This document shows, in pieces, positions 24,404 through 36,792 of a stretch of 64,000 bases of DNA. The position numbers were made by a program, and so were the translations under genes. Under the pieces are notes generated by a model, which did not search any database, was not told the DNA's origin, and saw only the letters and a list, made by a program, of their open reading frames with translations. The stretch comes from Octopus sinensis (lineage: Eukaryota), in the NCBI RefSeq assembly GCF_006345805.1, contig NC_043003.1:14632001-14696000 (forward strand), written 5' to 3'. The first letter of the stretch is position 1. Every line of letters starts with the position of its first letter.

Positions 24404-24721
24404 CTGAAAGGAAAGAAAGAAAGAAAAAAAAAAAAAACCAAGAAAAAAACAGAAGAACGAAATGTAAAAATATTAATAAAAGAAGCAAAACATAGCAAAA
24501 TAAAATATAGCAAAAAAAAAAAATAATAATAAAATAAAACAAAAGAAAATAAACAGATATATTACAGAATTTAGAATTATTGATTTCTAATTTTGGCAGA
24601 AGACCATTTATTTTGCAGATGTCAGTTAAGTTGGCTCAAGTGACACAACTAACTTGGATGGTAACTTATTTTATCAACTACACAAAGACAAAGGCAGGGA
24701 AATCAACTTTAGGCGTGGCTA

Positions 24722-25285
24722 TAGGCGCAAGTGTGGCTGTGTGGTAAGAAACTTGCTCCCCCAACCACATGGTTCAGGGTTCAGTCCTACTGTATGTGAC
24801 ACCTAGGGTAAGTGTCTCCTGATCAAAACCTTATGACTGGATTTGGTAGATGGAAGAAGCTTGTCATATGTATGTGTGTGTGTGTGTGTGTATATTCTTT
24901 TATTCTTTTATTTGTTTCAGTCAGTTGACTGTGGCCATGCTGGAGCACTGCCTTTAGTCAAGCAAATTGACCTCAGGATTTATTCTTTGTAAGCTTAGCA
25001 CTTATTCTATTGGTCTCTTTTGCTGAACCCCTAAGTTTCAGGGATGTAAACACACCAGCATCAGTTGTCAAGCGATAGTGGTAGGACACACACAGGCACA
25101 CAAACATATACACACATATACATATATACATACATATATATGACAGGCTTCTTTCAGTTTCCTTCTACCAAATCCACTCACAAAGCTTTGGTTGGCTTCA
25201 GGCTATAGAAGAAGACACTCGCCTTAGGTGCCATGCAGTGGAACTGAACCCGGTAAACAAGCTACTTGCCACACAGCCACTCCTG
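24722..25285. mobile_element. Two SINE family A copies in inverted orientation
   Basis: + 5' half at 24722-24870; - full copy at 24895-25285. Confidence 0.85.
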
Positions 25286-26070
25286 TATGTATATATATAT
25301 AATATAATATAAATAATATATAAATATATGCATATATACATACATATATGTACATACCTACATATATATATGTATACATACATGCATATATGTGCACAGG
25401 ACATCAAAAAAACGTTGAACACGATGAGAAACGAAAACATAAAAACATAATGATAATGATGATATATTTATGTGTGTATGTGTGTGTGTGTATGTATATA
25501 TGTGCATCTTTGTTTCTGGGTTTGTCCCCCACCACAGTTAAATAACCAGTGTTAGCGTGTTTATTTCCCCGTAATTTAGTGGTTCAGCAAATGAAAATGA
25601 TGATATAAGTAGCAGGCTTCAAAAAAAAAATTTGAAATAAATTTCAAGGTGGTGCCCCAGCATGAGCACAGTCTAACAAATGAAGCATGTAAAAAATAGA
25701 AAATAGGAGATAAGAACTTGGAACATGATGGGTTGTATTTAATTGCCAGGTTGCCAGCTTGCCCACTGGCAAGTGGGCCCCTATGACATTAGAATCCATA
25801 TATGGGAGCCCATATTAGTATCTAAGGGGTACATCCCCTCATGTTTGAGAATTTTTAATTCACTCCTGGAAAAATGCACCAATTATTTCAGCCTGGCTGT
25901 GACTGTAGACGGATGAAGAGAATACTTTTAACAAAAAAAAAATAAATGATGGCATTGTAGTTGTGGGTGGGCCCCCTTGTTGATGTGGGTTGGCTCCCTT
26001 AGTCTCCTGATAAATGTTAGCAGTCAGATCAAATGTTAGCAGTCAGATCACACCCTACCATCTTAACCTA

Positions 26071-26292
26071 TTTCTTTACTGCCCACAAGGGGTTAAACAC
26101 AGAGAGGACAAACAAGGACAGACAAACGGATTAAGTCGATTATATCGACCCCAGTGCGTAACTGGTACTTAATTAATCGACCTCGAAAGGATGAAAGGCA
26201 AAGTCAACCTTGGCGGAATTTGAACTCAGAATGTAACGGCAGACGAAATACCGCTGAGCATTTCGCCCGGTGTGCTAAGGATTCTACCAGTG
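26071..26292 (-). mobile_element. SINE family B monomer with 16-bp TSD
   Basis: TSD ctaccatcttaaccta at 26055-26070 and 26295-26310. Confidence 0.9.
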
Positions 26293-26444
26293 GACTACCA
26301 TCTTAACCTAACCTGTCCAAGAGTACCTTTGGGCAGTTTCCTGCTTTACTGTGATCTAAAATAAGACTTTCCATCAAAAATTCTCATTCTGTTCTGAAAA
26401 TCTGTTTTTCTGTTGAAAAAATTATTTTACATTATTTACCTTAC

Positions 26445-26852
26445 TCTTTTACCTGTTTCAGTCATTTGACTGTGACCATGCTGGAGCACCGCCTTTAGTC
26501 GAGCAAACCGACCCCAGGACTTATTCTTTGGAAGCCTAGTACTTATTCTATCAGGACTCTTTTGCTGAATCACTAAGTTACGGGGACGTAAACACACCAG
26601 CATCGGTTGTCAAGTGATGTTGGGGGGGGACAAACACAGACACACAAACATATACATACACACATACACACACATATATATACACATATATACGATGGGC
26701 TTCTTTCAGTTTCCGTCTACCAAATCCACTCACAAGGCTTTGGTCGGACCGAGGATATAGTAGAAGACACTTGCCCAAGGTGCCACACAGTGGGACTGAA
26801 CCCGAACCATGTGGTTGGTAAGCAAGCTACTTACCACACAGCCACTCCTATA
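26445..26852 (-). mobile_element. SINE family A, full length, little diverged
   Basis: Matches other family A copies. Confidence 0.9.
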
Positions 26853-26859
26853 CCTTAAT

Positions 26860-27403
26860 TTACAATTGACAGATATTTTACTAAATTCTTAATTACTTTG
26901 AAAATTAATTGAAACAAAGACATATTTCAAGAGAAACATGGTAGACAAAGGTGTTAACCCTTTTGATACAAACCTTCCTGAAATTGCTCCTGATTCTACG
27001 GTAGAAAGTTCCTGTTTTAAAGGTAATCCAATACTAAGTCTCCCATCAAAATTTCAAGTTAATTTTATGTTCCAAAATCAGCCTAATATTGACTCTTATT
27101 TTACTAAATTCTTCATTATTCTCAAAAATTGATTGAAACAAAGATGGTAGATTTCAATGGAAATATGATAAAAAAAGGAGTGAACCCTTTTGATACCAAC
27201 TTGCATGAGACAAATCCTGGTTCTATGATAAAAACTTCTTATTTTAAAGCAATTTAAATTATAAACCTTCTATTCGCTTCTGTTTCAAACACCAGCTTGA
27301 TTTTGATGAAGTTATTTTTTTCACTAAATTCTTAATCATTTTCAGAAATTAATTAGAACAAAGGCAGAATATTTCTACAGAAATGTGTTACAAAAAGGAT
27401 TAA
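26860..27403. repeat. Tandem ~225-bp units with piggyBac-MITE-like TTAA-CCCT ends
   Basis: ttaacccttttgatac at 26954, tgaacccttttgatac at 27181, aaaaggattaa at about 27400; actaaattctt...gaaacaaag recurs three times. Confidence 0.55.
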
Positions 27404-27609
27404 ATTTAAAAGGATGCATTGCTATGGCATACCATGGTATGCATAAGATGTGCAGACTGCACAGGGTGGTGCAATCATGGATAGACACGAGTAGTAATAG
27501 GTACAGACATGGCTGTGTGGTTAAGAAGTTTGCTTCCCAACTATGTGGTTTTCAGTTCAATCCTACTGCATGGTACCTTAGGCAAGTATCTTCTACTATA
27601 CCTATAAAT

Positions 27610-28420
27610 AATGGTTTCAAATTTTGCCAGAAAGGCAGCCATTTTAGTGAAGGGGATGAGTCGATTACATTGACCCCAGTGTTTCACTGGTACTTAATTT
27701 GTTGACCCCAAAAGGATGAAAGGCAAAGTTTACCTTGGCAGAATTTGAACTCAGAACATAGCGACAGGTGAAATACCTATTTCTTTACTACCCATAAGAG
27801 GCTAAACACAGAGAAGACAAACAAGGACAGACAAATGGATTAAGTCGATTACATCGACCCCAGTGCGTAACTGGTATTTAATTTATCGACCCTGAAAGGA
27901 TGAAAGGCAAAGTCGACCTCGGTGGAATTTGAACTGAGAACGTAGCGACAGACGAAATACCGCTAAGCATGTCACCTGGCATGCTAACGTTTCAGCCAGC
28001 TTGCTGCCTTACTGTAGCTATAAAATAATAGCGAGTAAATATCGGTTCCAAATTTTGGCACAAGGCCAGCAGTTTTGGAAGAGGGTGTAAGTCAATTATA
28101 TCAACCCCAGTGTTAACCTGGTAGTCATTTTACTGACCCCAAAAGGATGAAAGGCAAAGTCATCCTCAGCAGAATTTGAACTCAGAACGTAAAGACCGAT
28201 GAAATACCGCGAAGCCTTTTGTCCAGCTTGCTAATGATTCGGCCAGCTCACTGCCTTTAGATTTAAATATAGGTTTCACGTTTTGGCACAAGGCCAGCAA
28301 TTTTGGGGCAGGGGTTGAGTCAATCACATCGACCCCAGTACTCAACTGGTACGTATCTTATTGATCTTGAAAGGATGAAAAACAAAGTCGAGCTCAGTGG
28401 AATTTTGAACTCAGAAATCA
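27610..28420 (-). mobile_element. Cluster of four SINE family B units
   Basis: aaaggatgaaaggcaaagt...gaatttgaactcagaac recurs four times. Confidence 0.88.
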
Positions 28421-28790
28421 AAATCAAAATCAGAATCAAATCAAATCAAACCACAATCAAATGGAAATTGTAGTTGTGGCTGATGCCAATGTTGTCTGAT
28501 TGGCTCCCATGCTGGTGGCACTGCAATGAGCACCATGCATGCGTGGGTCATTGTCAGTGTCGCCTAACTGGCTCCCCATGCCTGTGGCATGTAAAAAGTA
28601 CCATCTGAACATGGTCGATGCCAACCTCCCTGCTTCAACTGGCTTCTGTGCTGGTAGTGTGTAAAAAGCACCATCTGAACATGGTCAATGCCAGTGCTGC
28701 CTGACTCACTCCTGTGCCGGTGGCACATAAAAAGCACCATCCAAACATGGTTGATGCCAGCCTCCCCACCCCGACATGATAGCCGTCCAC
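28420..28790 (+). mobile_element. RTE LINE 3'UTR tandem-repeat segment
   Basis: ggtggcacataaaaagcaccatc units, reverse complement of 54650-54850. Confidence 0.7.
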
Positions 28791-29112
28791 TCGTGACCGA
28801 GGAAGACTATTGCCGACCTTCAGGAACATTGTGCGCTCTAAGACTAACTTATATTTTGCATTTGTGGCTCTGTTGGTGGCTAATGAGCCCTGCTCTTGAC
28901 AAGCATACACGACTGCAAACATTGCAGACCAAGCTTTCTCCATTCACTATACAAGCCGTGCGCTTTCGTGCAGCTCGCTTAAGTTCTTCATGCTGGATAC
29001 GTGCTCTCTCAAAAGTGTCGATCCCCTCCTTAACCTGCTTCCTCCATCTGTGGTGATGACAGGCATTGTTCTCCCAGTCAGTGTCCTGCATATCACAGGC
29101 CTTGAGAGTCAA
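28790..29112 (-). mobile_element. RTE (BovB-like) LINE C-terminal fragment
   Basis: TLKACDM...WE...WRKQVKEG...CNVCSRVCLSRAGLISHQQSH (C2H2 tail). Confidence 0.8.
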
Positions 29113-29354
29113 CGGCCATCCAATAAATGTTAGTACGGGTACGTAGAAATTCCGGGGTGGTGTCCGGCGTGCTGAAAGACCACTGGGAGTGAGGCGTCCC
29201 TCAGCTTTTGTTAAAGCATGTCTCTAGGAGAAGGTCACTCTGATATAAAACCAGATATGCAGGGAATGGCATTGAACATTTTGGGGATCTTTGGATTGTG
29301 CTATAGATCACGGCGATCCCGCCCTGACATACATACATACATACATACATACAT

Positions 29355-30080
29355 GTCATCACAGTATTATCTACTGATGAGACATGACATTGTAGCTAGG
29401 ACACTCTATAATGAAATCCATTGGAAGGATAATCCCGAGGGCAAAGAAATAAGAACTCACAGTATGGTAGAAGCCATAGCCGCTCATAATAAAAAGGAAT
29501 ACTGGTGTAATGTACCAGTGAAGACCTCAATAAAATGTAAGCACAACAGGCCTGACATAATGATTTGGGATGGAGAAGAGAAACTGTGCACAGTTGTGGA
29601 AATTAGCTGCCCAGCGGATGTTAACATAAAGCTGAAGACCAGTGAAAAAGCGAAAACCTATGCTGAACTATTGAGAAATCTGCAGTTACTCTATCCAGAT
29701 TACAAGTTCAGGTTTATACCTGTAATTATTGAGGCCCTGGGGTATGTAACACACTGCCTAAAAACCAGTTTTGAGAAATTAGACTTCTCAAAACCAGAAA
29801 GGAGAAAGTTAATCCGAAGACTACAGATGCGATCCATCACTGGAACTGTAAAAATCTGTAAAACTTTCCAGAAGTTTAGCATTTAAATATATATGTGTAT
29901 ATCTAGATATGTAACTGTATGCATAAAACATACAAATCTGCGCCTACATACATACATACATACATACAAACAAAAATACCCTGTTGTTGATGTTGAAATT
30001 CCAGTGAAGGAGCCTTGGATCTAGGTTAGAAACCGGTTCTTTCTCTATAGGCAAGAAATTTTGAAATAAACGGAATGATG
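29355..30080 (+). mobile_element. 5'-truncated restriction-like-endonuclease LINE (R4/Dong-like) in (ACAT)n
   Basis: Uninterrupted frame to 29886 with RHD, RPDI, VEISCP, K..Y and PVIIEALG motifs; AATAAA near the end; (ACAT)n on both sides. Confidence 0.88.
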
Positions 30081-30494
30081 ACATACATACATACATACAC
30101 ACACAACACACATATATATGTATACATATACATATACATACACATGTATACATATATGTATGGATGTATGGATGGAAATATCAAAATAAGAAGACCTTGG
30201 CTGAAAAGAAACAACAGCAGCGAAATAGTAAAATAGATATTTGAAATCCTACACATTTTCATTTATTAAAGGGAAAACAGATAACAGGGGGGGGGGAAAC
30301 CAAAAAATTATCTTCTTTATTCATTTATCTCTCGTATTTTTCTTCGCTGTTTTAGTGTATAACACATAAAGAACGACAAGTAACAAACAATCTGTCCAAG
30401 CTAATCCAGTGCTTCGACACCTTCGCCAACACCACCACAACCAATATCACCATGACCATCACCAGCATTACCACCACCACTACCACCACCACCA

Positions 30495-30526
<32 letters not shown>

Positions 30527-30585
30527 GTTATCGGTACAGCTAAAAGATATATACACTCGCCGCTTTAATGCCTTGTACTTTGAAA

Positions 30586-30598
30586 TGCATTCTGGGAA
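30586..30598 (-). promoter_or_regulatory. ZNF143/Staf-type motif TTCCCAGAATGCA in a CpG-bearing unique segment
   Basis: Exact core motif; neighbouring ttcgcga and tgacatc; start of a ~6-kb SINE-free island. Confidence 0.4.
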
Positions 30599-30719
30599 TG
30601 GGCCTACTACTATTCGCGATTCAAAAATATTCTCTCATGACATCGCAGCTAATCAGTAAAACTCTCTCTTTGCTCCTGTTCTCTTTCTGTCTGCTTCATT
30701 GTCGGTCTCCTTGTCACTC

Positions 30720-31115
30720 TGTCACACACACACACACCACACACACACTCTCTCTCTCTCTGACTCTCTCTCTTCCTCTCCGTCTGTTTCTCTCTTTGTA
30801 TCTATATCTATCTATCTGTCTCTGTGTTTCCCCCTCTCTCTCTTTCGTCTCTCTCTCTCTGTCTCTCTCTCCCTCTTTCTCTCTTTTCGTGTTTCTTTCT
30901 CTCTCTTTTCGTGTTTTTCTCTCTCTCTTTTCGTGTCTCTCTCTCGTGTTTCTCTCTCTCTCTTTTCGTGTATCTCTCTCTCGTGTTTCTCTCTTTTCAT
31001 GTTCTTTTCTCTCTCTCTCTCTCTCTCTCTTTTCGTGTTTCTTTCTCTCTCTTTTCGTGTCTATCTCTTCCTCTCCGTTCGTCTCTTTCTTTGAAACTAT
31101 ATCTGCCTTTGAGTT

Positions 31116-31158
<43 letters not shown>

Positions 31159-31990
31159 ATTTATCTATCTATCTATGTCTCTCTTACTCTTTCCTTTCCA
31201 ATTTCTTATTGTGAATACGCTCATAGTAAGCTCTTACTGATTGTCTTCCTTCCTTCTCTCTCTCTCTCTCTCTCTCTCTCTGTCCCTTTCATCTTCTCTC
31301 TATCTGTCAGTCTGTCCCTCTTGTATCTCTCTCTCTCTCTCTCGTGTCTTTCCCACTCTCTCAATCTCTTATTGTCAATGAGCTCTCAATTCCCTCTCAC
31401 CTTATTTACCTTATTTTCTCCCCTCTCTCTCTTTCCCTTTCCTTCCACGTCTGCCTATCGGTCTGTCACTCTTGTATCTCACTCCCTCCATCTCCCTCTC
31501 TCTGTCTATTTGTCTGTCTCTTTTCTTCCCCCTCTCTCTCTCTCACTATCTCTTATTGTGAAGGAGCTCTCAATTCCTTCTCAATCAATGTTCTTCTTAT
31601 TTTCTCCTCTCCCTCTTTTTCTCTTTCATTTTCGCTCTATTTCTCACTTTCTTTCCCTGTATCTCTTTCTCTCACTGCTTTCCTCTTTATCTCTCTCACT
31701 CTCTTCCTTTCTCTCTCTCTCTGCCTTTGTTTCTCTCTCACTCTCTTCCTTTCTCTCTCTCTCTCTCTCTCTCTTCCTTTCTTTCTCTCTCCCTCTTCAA
31801 CAATCTCCTATTGTGAATCAGCTAATACTCTCTCTCTCTCTCTCTCTCTGTTTGTCTTCATTTCACCTCTGTCTCTCTTTTCCTTTCAACCATACGTCCT
31901 CTCTTTATCTCTCTCTCTCTCGCGCGCGCTTTCTCTCCTTCGCTCTTTCTCTCTCTCTCTCTAACGTGTCCTCTCTCTCTCTCTTCCCCT
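30720..31990. repeat. (CT)n-rich polypyrimidine tract with internal recurring blocks
   Basis: Read directly; tcttattgtgaa...gctc recurs about four times. Confidence 0.9.
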
Positions 31991-32539
31991 TCATTCTCCG
32001 TCTGTAGTTCTCTATCTATCCCTTCCTCCTCGCCTCCACTCCCTCGCTTCTCTGACTGATTTCAACCTTAAAGTCTGCAATCTATGGCTTGATTTTTTAT
32101 GGTATTGGAGAACAGGATTGCAGCAGCAGCAGAAGCCGATGACGGTATTGGTGATGATGATAATGATGATGATGATGATGATGACAGGAGGTAGTGGTGG
32201 TGGTGGTGGTGGTGGTGGCGGCGGCGATGGCTGGTGGTGAAGGTGCCAGGTTCTAATGGAGGTGAAGGCGATGTGTGTGTGTATGTGTGAGGGGATGAAG
32301 GTAGGTGGTAATCATTGTGGTGTGGATGTTAATTGGAAGATTACAATGGCTAGAGGTAGGGGTGGTGTAGAGGAGGGGGGGACATGGAATGGCAGGCAGA
32401 GCAAAAGGGAGTTGATAGGGAGAAGAACCCTGATTGGTGGTAGTAGTAGGGTGAGGAAGGTTTTTGTGAGAGGGAGAGTGTTGTGGGCATATGTGTGTAT
32501 GTGTGTGTGTACACAGAAGGTGTTTGAGGTTTGGACGAG

Positions 32540-33380
32540 GTGAGAAGGGAGTTTGTAGAAAAAGGAGATTTAACAGAAAAAAAGGGGGTTAAGTAAGGAA
32601 AAAAAAGGACTAAGAAGAAATAAGGGAATTTGTAGAAAAAAAAGGGCGTTAGCAGTAAAAAAAGTGGGGTTAACAGAAAAGGGGGTTAGCAGAAAAAATG
32701 GTTGGTGGGTAGAAGAAAGTTGAGAGTTTTTAGAAATAAGGGAGTTAGAAATTAAAAAGGGAGTTAAAAATAAAGGGATCTGTAGAATGAATTGATTTAA
32801 TAGAGGGATAGAAAGAAAAGGGAATGGAGAAGAAATTAGGGAGTCAGTTGAAGAATGAAAAGGAGAAGAAATGAAGGAAGTGAAATTTAGTAAATAGAAG
32901 AGAATTAGTAGGGAGGGAATTAGCTGGAATAAAAAAAAGTTAAAAGAAAGGGGCTCAGAAAAATTAAGGAGTTTTGGGAAGTAAGGGTGCTTGCAGAAAA
33001 TGAGGGACTTAGAAGAAATAAATGTAGTCAACTGAAAGGAATTAGTAAGAAAAATGGGAGAAGTGGTTAAAAGAAAAGGGCTCAGAAAAATTACGGAGTT
33101 TGTGGAAGTAAAGGTGTTTGTAGAAAATGAGGGTACTAAGAAGAAGTGAAAGTAGTAAACTGAAAGAAATTAGTAGAGAAAAATAGGGAGTTAGCAGAAA
33201 TAAAAGAAATAGTTTAAACAAAAGGGTTTAGACAAAATAAGGGAGTTTGTAGCAAGACATAAGGGACCATGAAGAAATAAAGGTAGTAAACAGAAGGGAA
33301 TAACTAAAAAAGAAAGGGAGGAGCAGGGTGGGGGAGAGAAAAGGGTGTGGCCGCAGATAAGGGGGTATGGAGAAAGAAAA
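32540..33380. repeat. Degenerate purine-rich tandem repeat (agaaaaagggagtt-like)
   Basis: Read directly. Confidence 0.7.
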
Positions 33381-33698
33381 AAATTAGGGGCTGGCTTTAT
33401 CAAGTGTGCCCTATTTTAAAGGCTCCTCCTGTTAGTAATGGTATAAGGTTATGCCTGTTTTTTTTCTTAGGTTTCCACAGAACTCTATCTTCCCCCTTCC
33501 CACCACTTCAGGCTTCTAAAGTATGCAATGTTTTTCTTTGTTTTCTTTTTCTTTGTTTGTTTTTGTCTTTTTTCTTATGAAGAAGGGAAAAGGGTGGCGT
33601 TGGAGGTGCTGGGGAAGGGGAGATGCCGGCGGGGAGGGGAGGAGGTTTCCCTGTCTTAACCCAAGTATTCCTTCCCTGTCTCCAGTCTCCTCCCTTAC

Positions 33699-33721
33699 CT
33701 AACTGCCCTCCCCGCCGCCAT
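33699..33721 (-). CDS. Candidate first coding micro-exon MAAGRAV(R/S)
   Basis: aactATGGCGGCGGGGAGGGCAGTTAG|gtaagg: ATG with A at -3 and G at +4, then a consensus donor; downstream exon not identified. Confidence 0.3.
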
Positions 33722-33934
33722 AGTTGTTGGGGGTGGAAGGATTCATGTGTGTGTATCTGTATATGCAAATGTGTGCGCGTGAGAGATAGATAGATAGATA
33801 GATAGATAGAGAGAGAGATAAAGAAAGAGAAAGAAGAGATGTGTGTATGTGTGTGTGTGTGTATGCATGTGTGCATGTGCCAGATAGAGAGATTGATAGA
33901 TAGAGAGAGAGATAGAGAGAATGGTATGTGTATA

Positions 33935-33986
<52 letters not shown>

Positions 33987-34045
33987 TTTTGCAAGCGCGT
34001 GTGCACATCTGTGTGTATGTGTGTGTATGTATGTGTGCATGTGAC

Positions 34046-34107
<62 letters not shown>

Positions 34108-34879
34108 GTGTGTGTGTGTATGTGTGTGTAAAAGAGAGAGAGAGAAGGGTGTGTGTATGTGAGAGAGAGAGATTGTGTCTGTGTGTACATGTGTGTGTGT
34201 GCATGTGTAATGGATAGGTAGATAGATACAGGAGTGTGTGTGTGTGTCTGTGAAAAGAGTGTGTGTGAGAATCTTTGTTTGTGCATGTGTGTATATGTGT
34301 GTGTGTGGGGGGGGGGTGAGGCATATGTTCAATAGTTTGAGAGAGAGAGAAAGAAATAGACAGAGAGAGTGAGAAAGTGAGAGAGAAAGGGAGAGAACGA
34401 GAGAGAGAGAGACAGACAGAGACAGAAACAGGGGGTGTGCATGTGTGTATGTGTGTGTGTGTGTGTGTGTGTGATAGAGAGAGGGGGGTCTACATGTGTG
34501 TGTGAGTGTGCATGTGTGATTTTTCTCTCTCTCTCCTTTCCTTTTCACACTTCCTCCACCCCCCCACCCCACCGTCCACCCTTGTTTAGTCCTTTTCAGT
34601 GACGACGATGGTGATGATGATGGTGGTGGTGGTGGTGGGGGTGGCAGAGGTGTCTGACCCCACCCCTTTTTTTATGCTGCCTACCTAGAGAGTTGGGGGT
34701 GGTGATGGTGGTGGTGGTGGGGGTGAATGTTGTGGTTGTTGTGCTAGCAATAGTGATAATGGTTAATGGTACGGCGGGGGAGGGGGTGAGATAGAGGGAG
34801 GGAAGGAGACTGGTTTTTAACAGTTCCCTTCTCTTTTTTTCTCTCTCCTCTTCTAACTCTCTTCCTTCCAGTGCCTCTC

Positions 34880-35400
34880 TTTCTCTCCCTCTCACACACA
34901 TGCACACACACCCTCTGTATCTACCTATCCATTATGCACACACACACACACACGCAAAGACATGCACACATTCTCTCACAAATACACACACACGCACACA
35001 TACACACTCTCTCCTCTCTCTCTCTCACATACACATGCACACACACTCTCTCTCACATACACACACACACACATGCACACACACTCTCTCTCACACATAC
35101 ACATGCACACACAGTCTCTCTCACATACACACACACATGCACACACACTCTCTCTCACACATACACATGCACACACACTCTCTCTTACATACACACACAT
35201 GCACACACATGCACACACACTCTCTCTTACATACACACACATGCACACACACTCTCTCTCACACATACACATGCACACACAGTCTCTCTCACATACACAC
35301 ACACACACATGCACACACACTCTCTCTCACACATACACATGCACACACACTCTCTCTCACACATACACATGCACGCATACACACAAACACACACCTCTTC
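34880..35400. repeat. Compound (CA)/(CT) minisatellite (acatgcacacacactctctctcacacatac)n
   Basis: Read directly. Confidence 0.9.
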
Positions 35401-35408
35401 TCTCTCTC

Positions 35409-35439
<31 letters not shown>

Positions 35440-36273
35440 ATATTTATATAGATATATGTATGAATGTACACAAACACTCATACACATGTGTGTGTGTATG
35501 TATATGTGTGTGTGTGTGTGTGTGTCTACTTTCTTTTTTATGTAGACATGCAGGCAGACAAGCAGACGTACATTCCTCTGCAAATCTAAGCCTGTCACAC
35601 CAGGTTTACCTTTTTTTGAGGGTTCCTTTATGTAAAAGGCACCATATAAACCCTGCTCACCCTCTCCTCCTCCTCCCTCCTCCCCCTCCTCATCCTCCTG
35701 CTGCTGCTGCTGCTGGTGTTACCGCCACCACCACCACCACTACTACTACGAGTAAAGGTGTCCCTGATATTTGGACCAAGCCAACGAGGAAGTTTCTATA
35801 ATGTTGCTTGACCAGGTAGAAATAGCAGCCAAATCTCAAATCAATGCTATATTCTTTTTGTCTTCTGAAAAGGGCAAGATACATTTAGCGCATAATATAG
35901 TCGCTGATACCCCTAGAATAGATTGGATGGTTACGGATGTCTGGAACGTCTTTGATCATGGTTCTGTTCAACCGTGGTTGACCAAGGGTTAAACAACTGT
36001 GACATCTAATACCACAACCATCACCACCACCACCACCATCATCATTATCGTCATCATTATCATCATCACCACCATCACCACCATCACCACCACCTTCACC
36101 ACCGCCATGACCATCACTACCGCCATCACCACCACCACCACCACCACCACTGCCACCTCTACGACCAATGCCATCTCTATCTTCCACTGCCAACTATCAC
36201 ACACACACACACACACACACACAACACATTTTGTACAATCAAAAGAACATAAAACTGAAATAGTCTTCAACAT

Positions 36274-36770
36274 AGGCGCTGGCGTGGCCTGTGTGGTAAG
36301 ATGCTTGCTTCCCAACCACATGGTTCCGAGTTCAGTCCCAGTGTCACTTTGGGCAAGTGTCTTTGATTATAGGCTTGAGCCGAACAAAGCCTTGTGAGTG
36401 AATTTGTTTGATGGAAACTGAAAGATGCCTGTCATATTCAGGACTTATTCTTTGTGAGCCTAGTACTTATACTATTGGCCTCTTTTGTTGAACTGCTAAG
36501 TTATGGGGACGTAAGCAGACCAACATTGGTTGTCACATGATGGGGGGGACACAGACACACGAACATATACACACACACACCACACACACACACACATATA
36601 TATATACGGCAGGCTTCTTTAATTTCCGTCTACCAAATCCACTCACAAAGCTTTGGTCTGCCTGAGGCTATAGTAGAAGACACTTGCCCAAGGTGCCATG
36701 CAGTGAGACTGAGCCCCAGGACCATGTAGTTGGTAAGCAAGCTACTCACCACACAGCCACTCCTATGCCT
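36274..36770. mobile_element. Two SINE family A copies in inverted orientation
   Basis: + at 36274-36435; - at 36438-36770. Confidence 0.85.
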
Positions 36771-36792
36771 ACATGTATGTTATATAAAAGTA

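Noticed and set aside
35771-35992. 73-aa non-repetitive ORF as a gene
   Set aside because: TTG start directly after a stop, no recognisable motif, no convincing splice context
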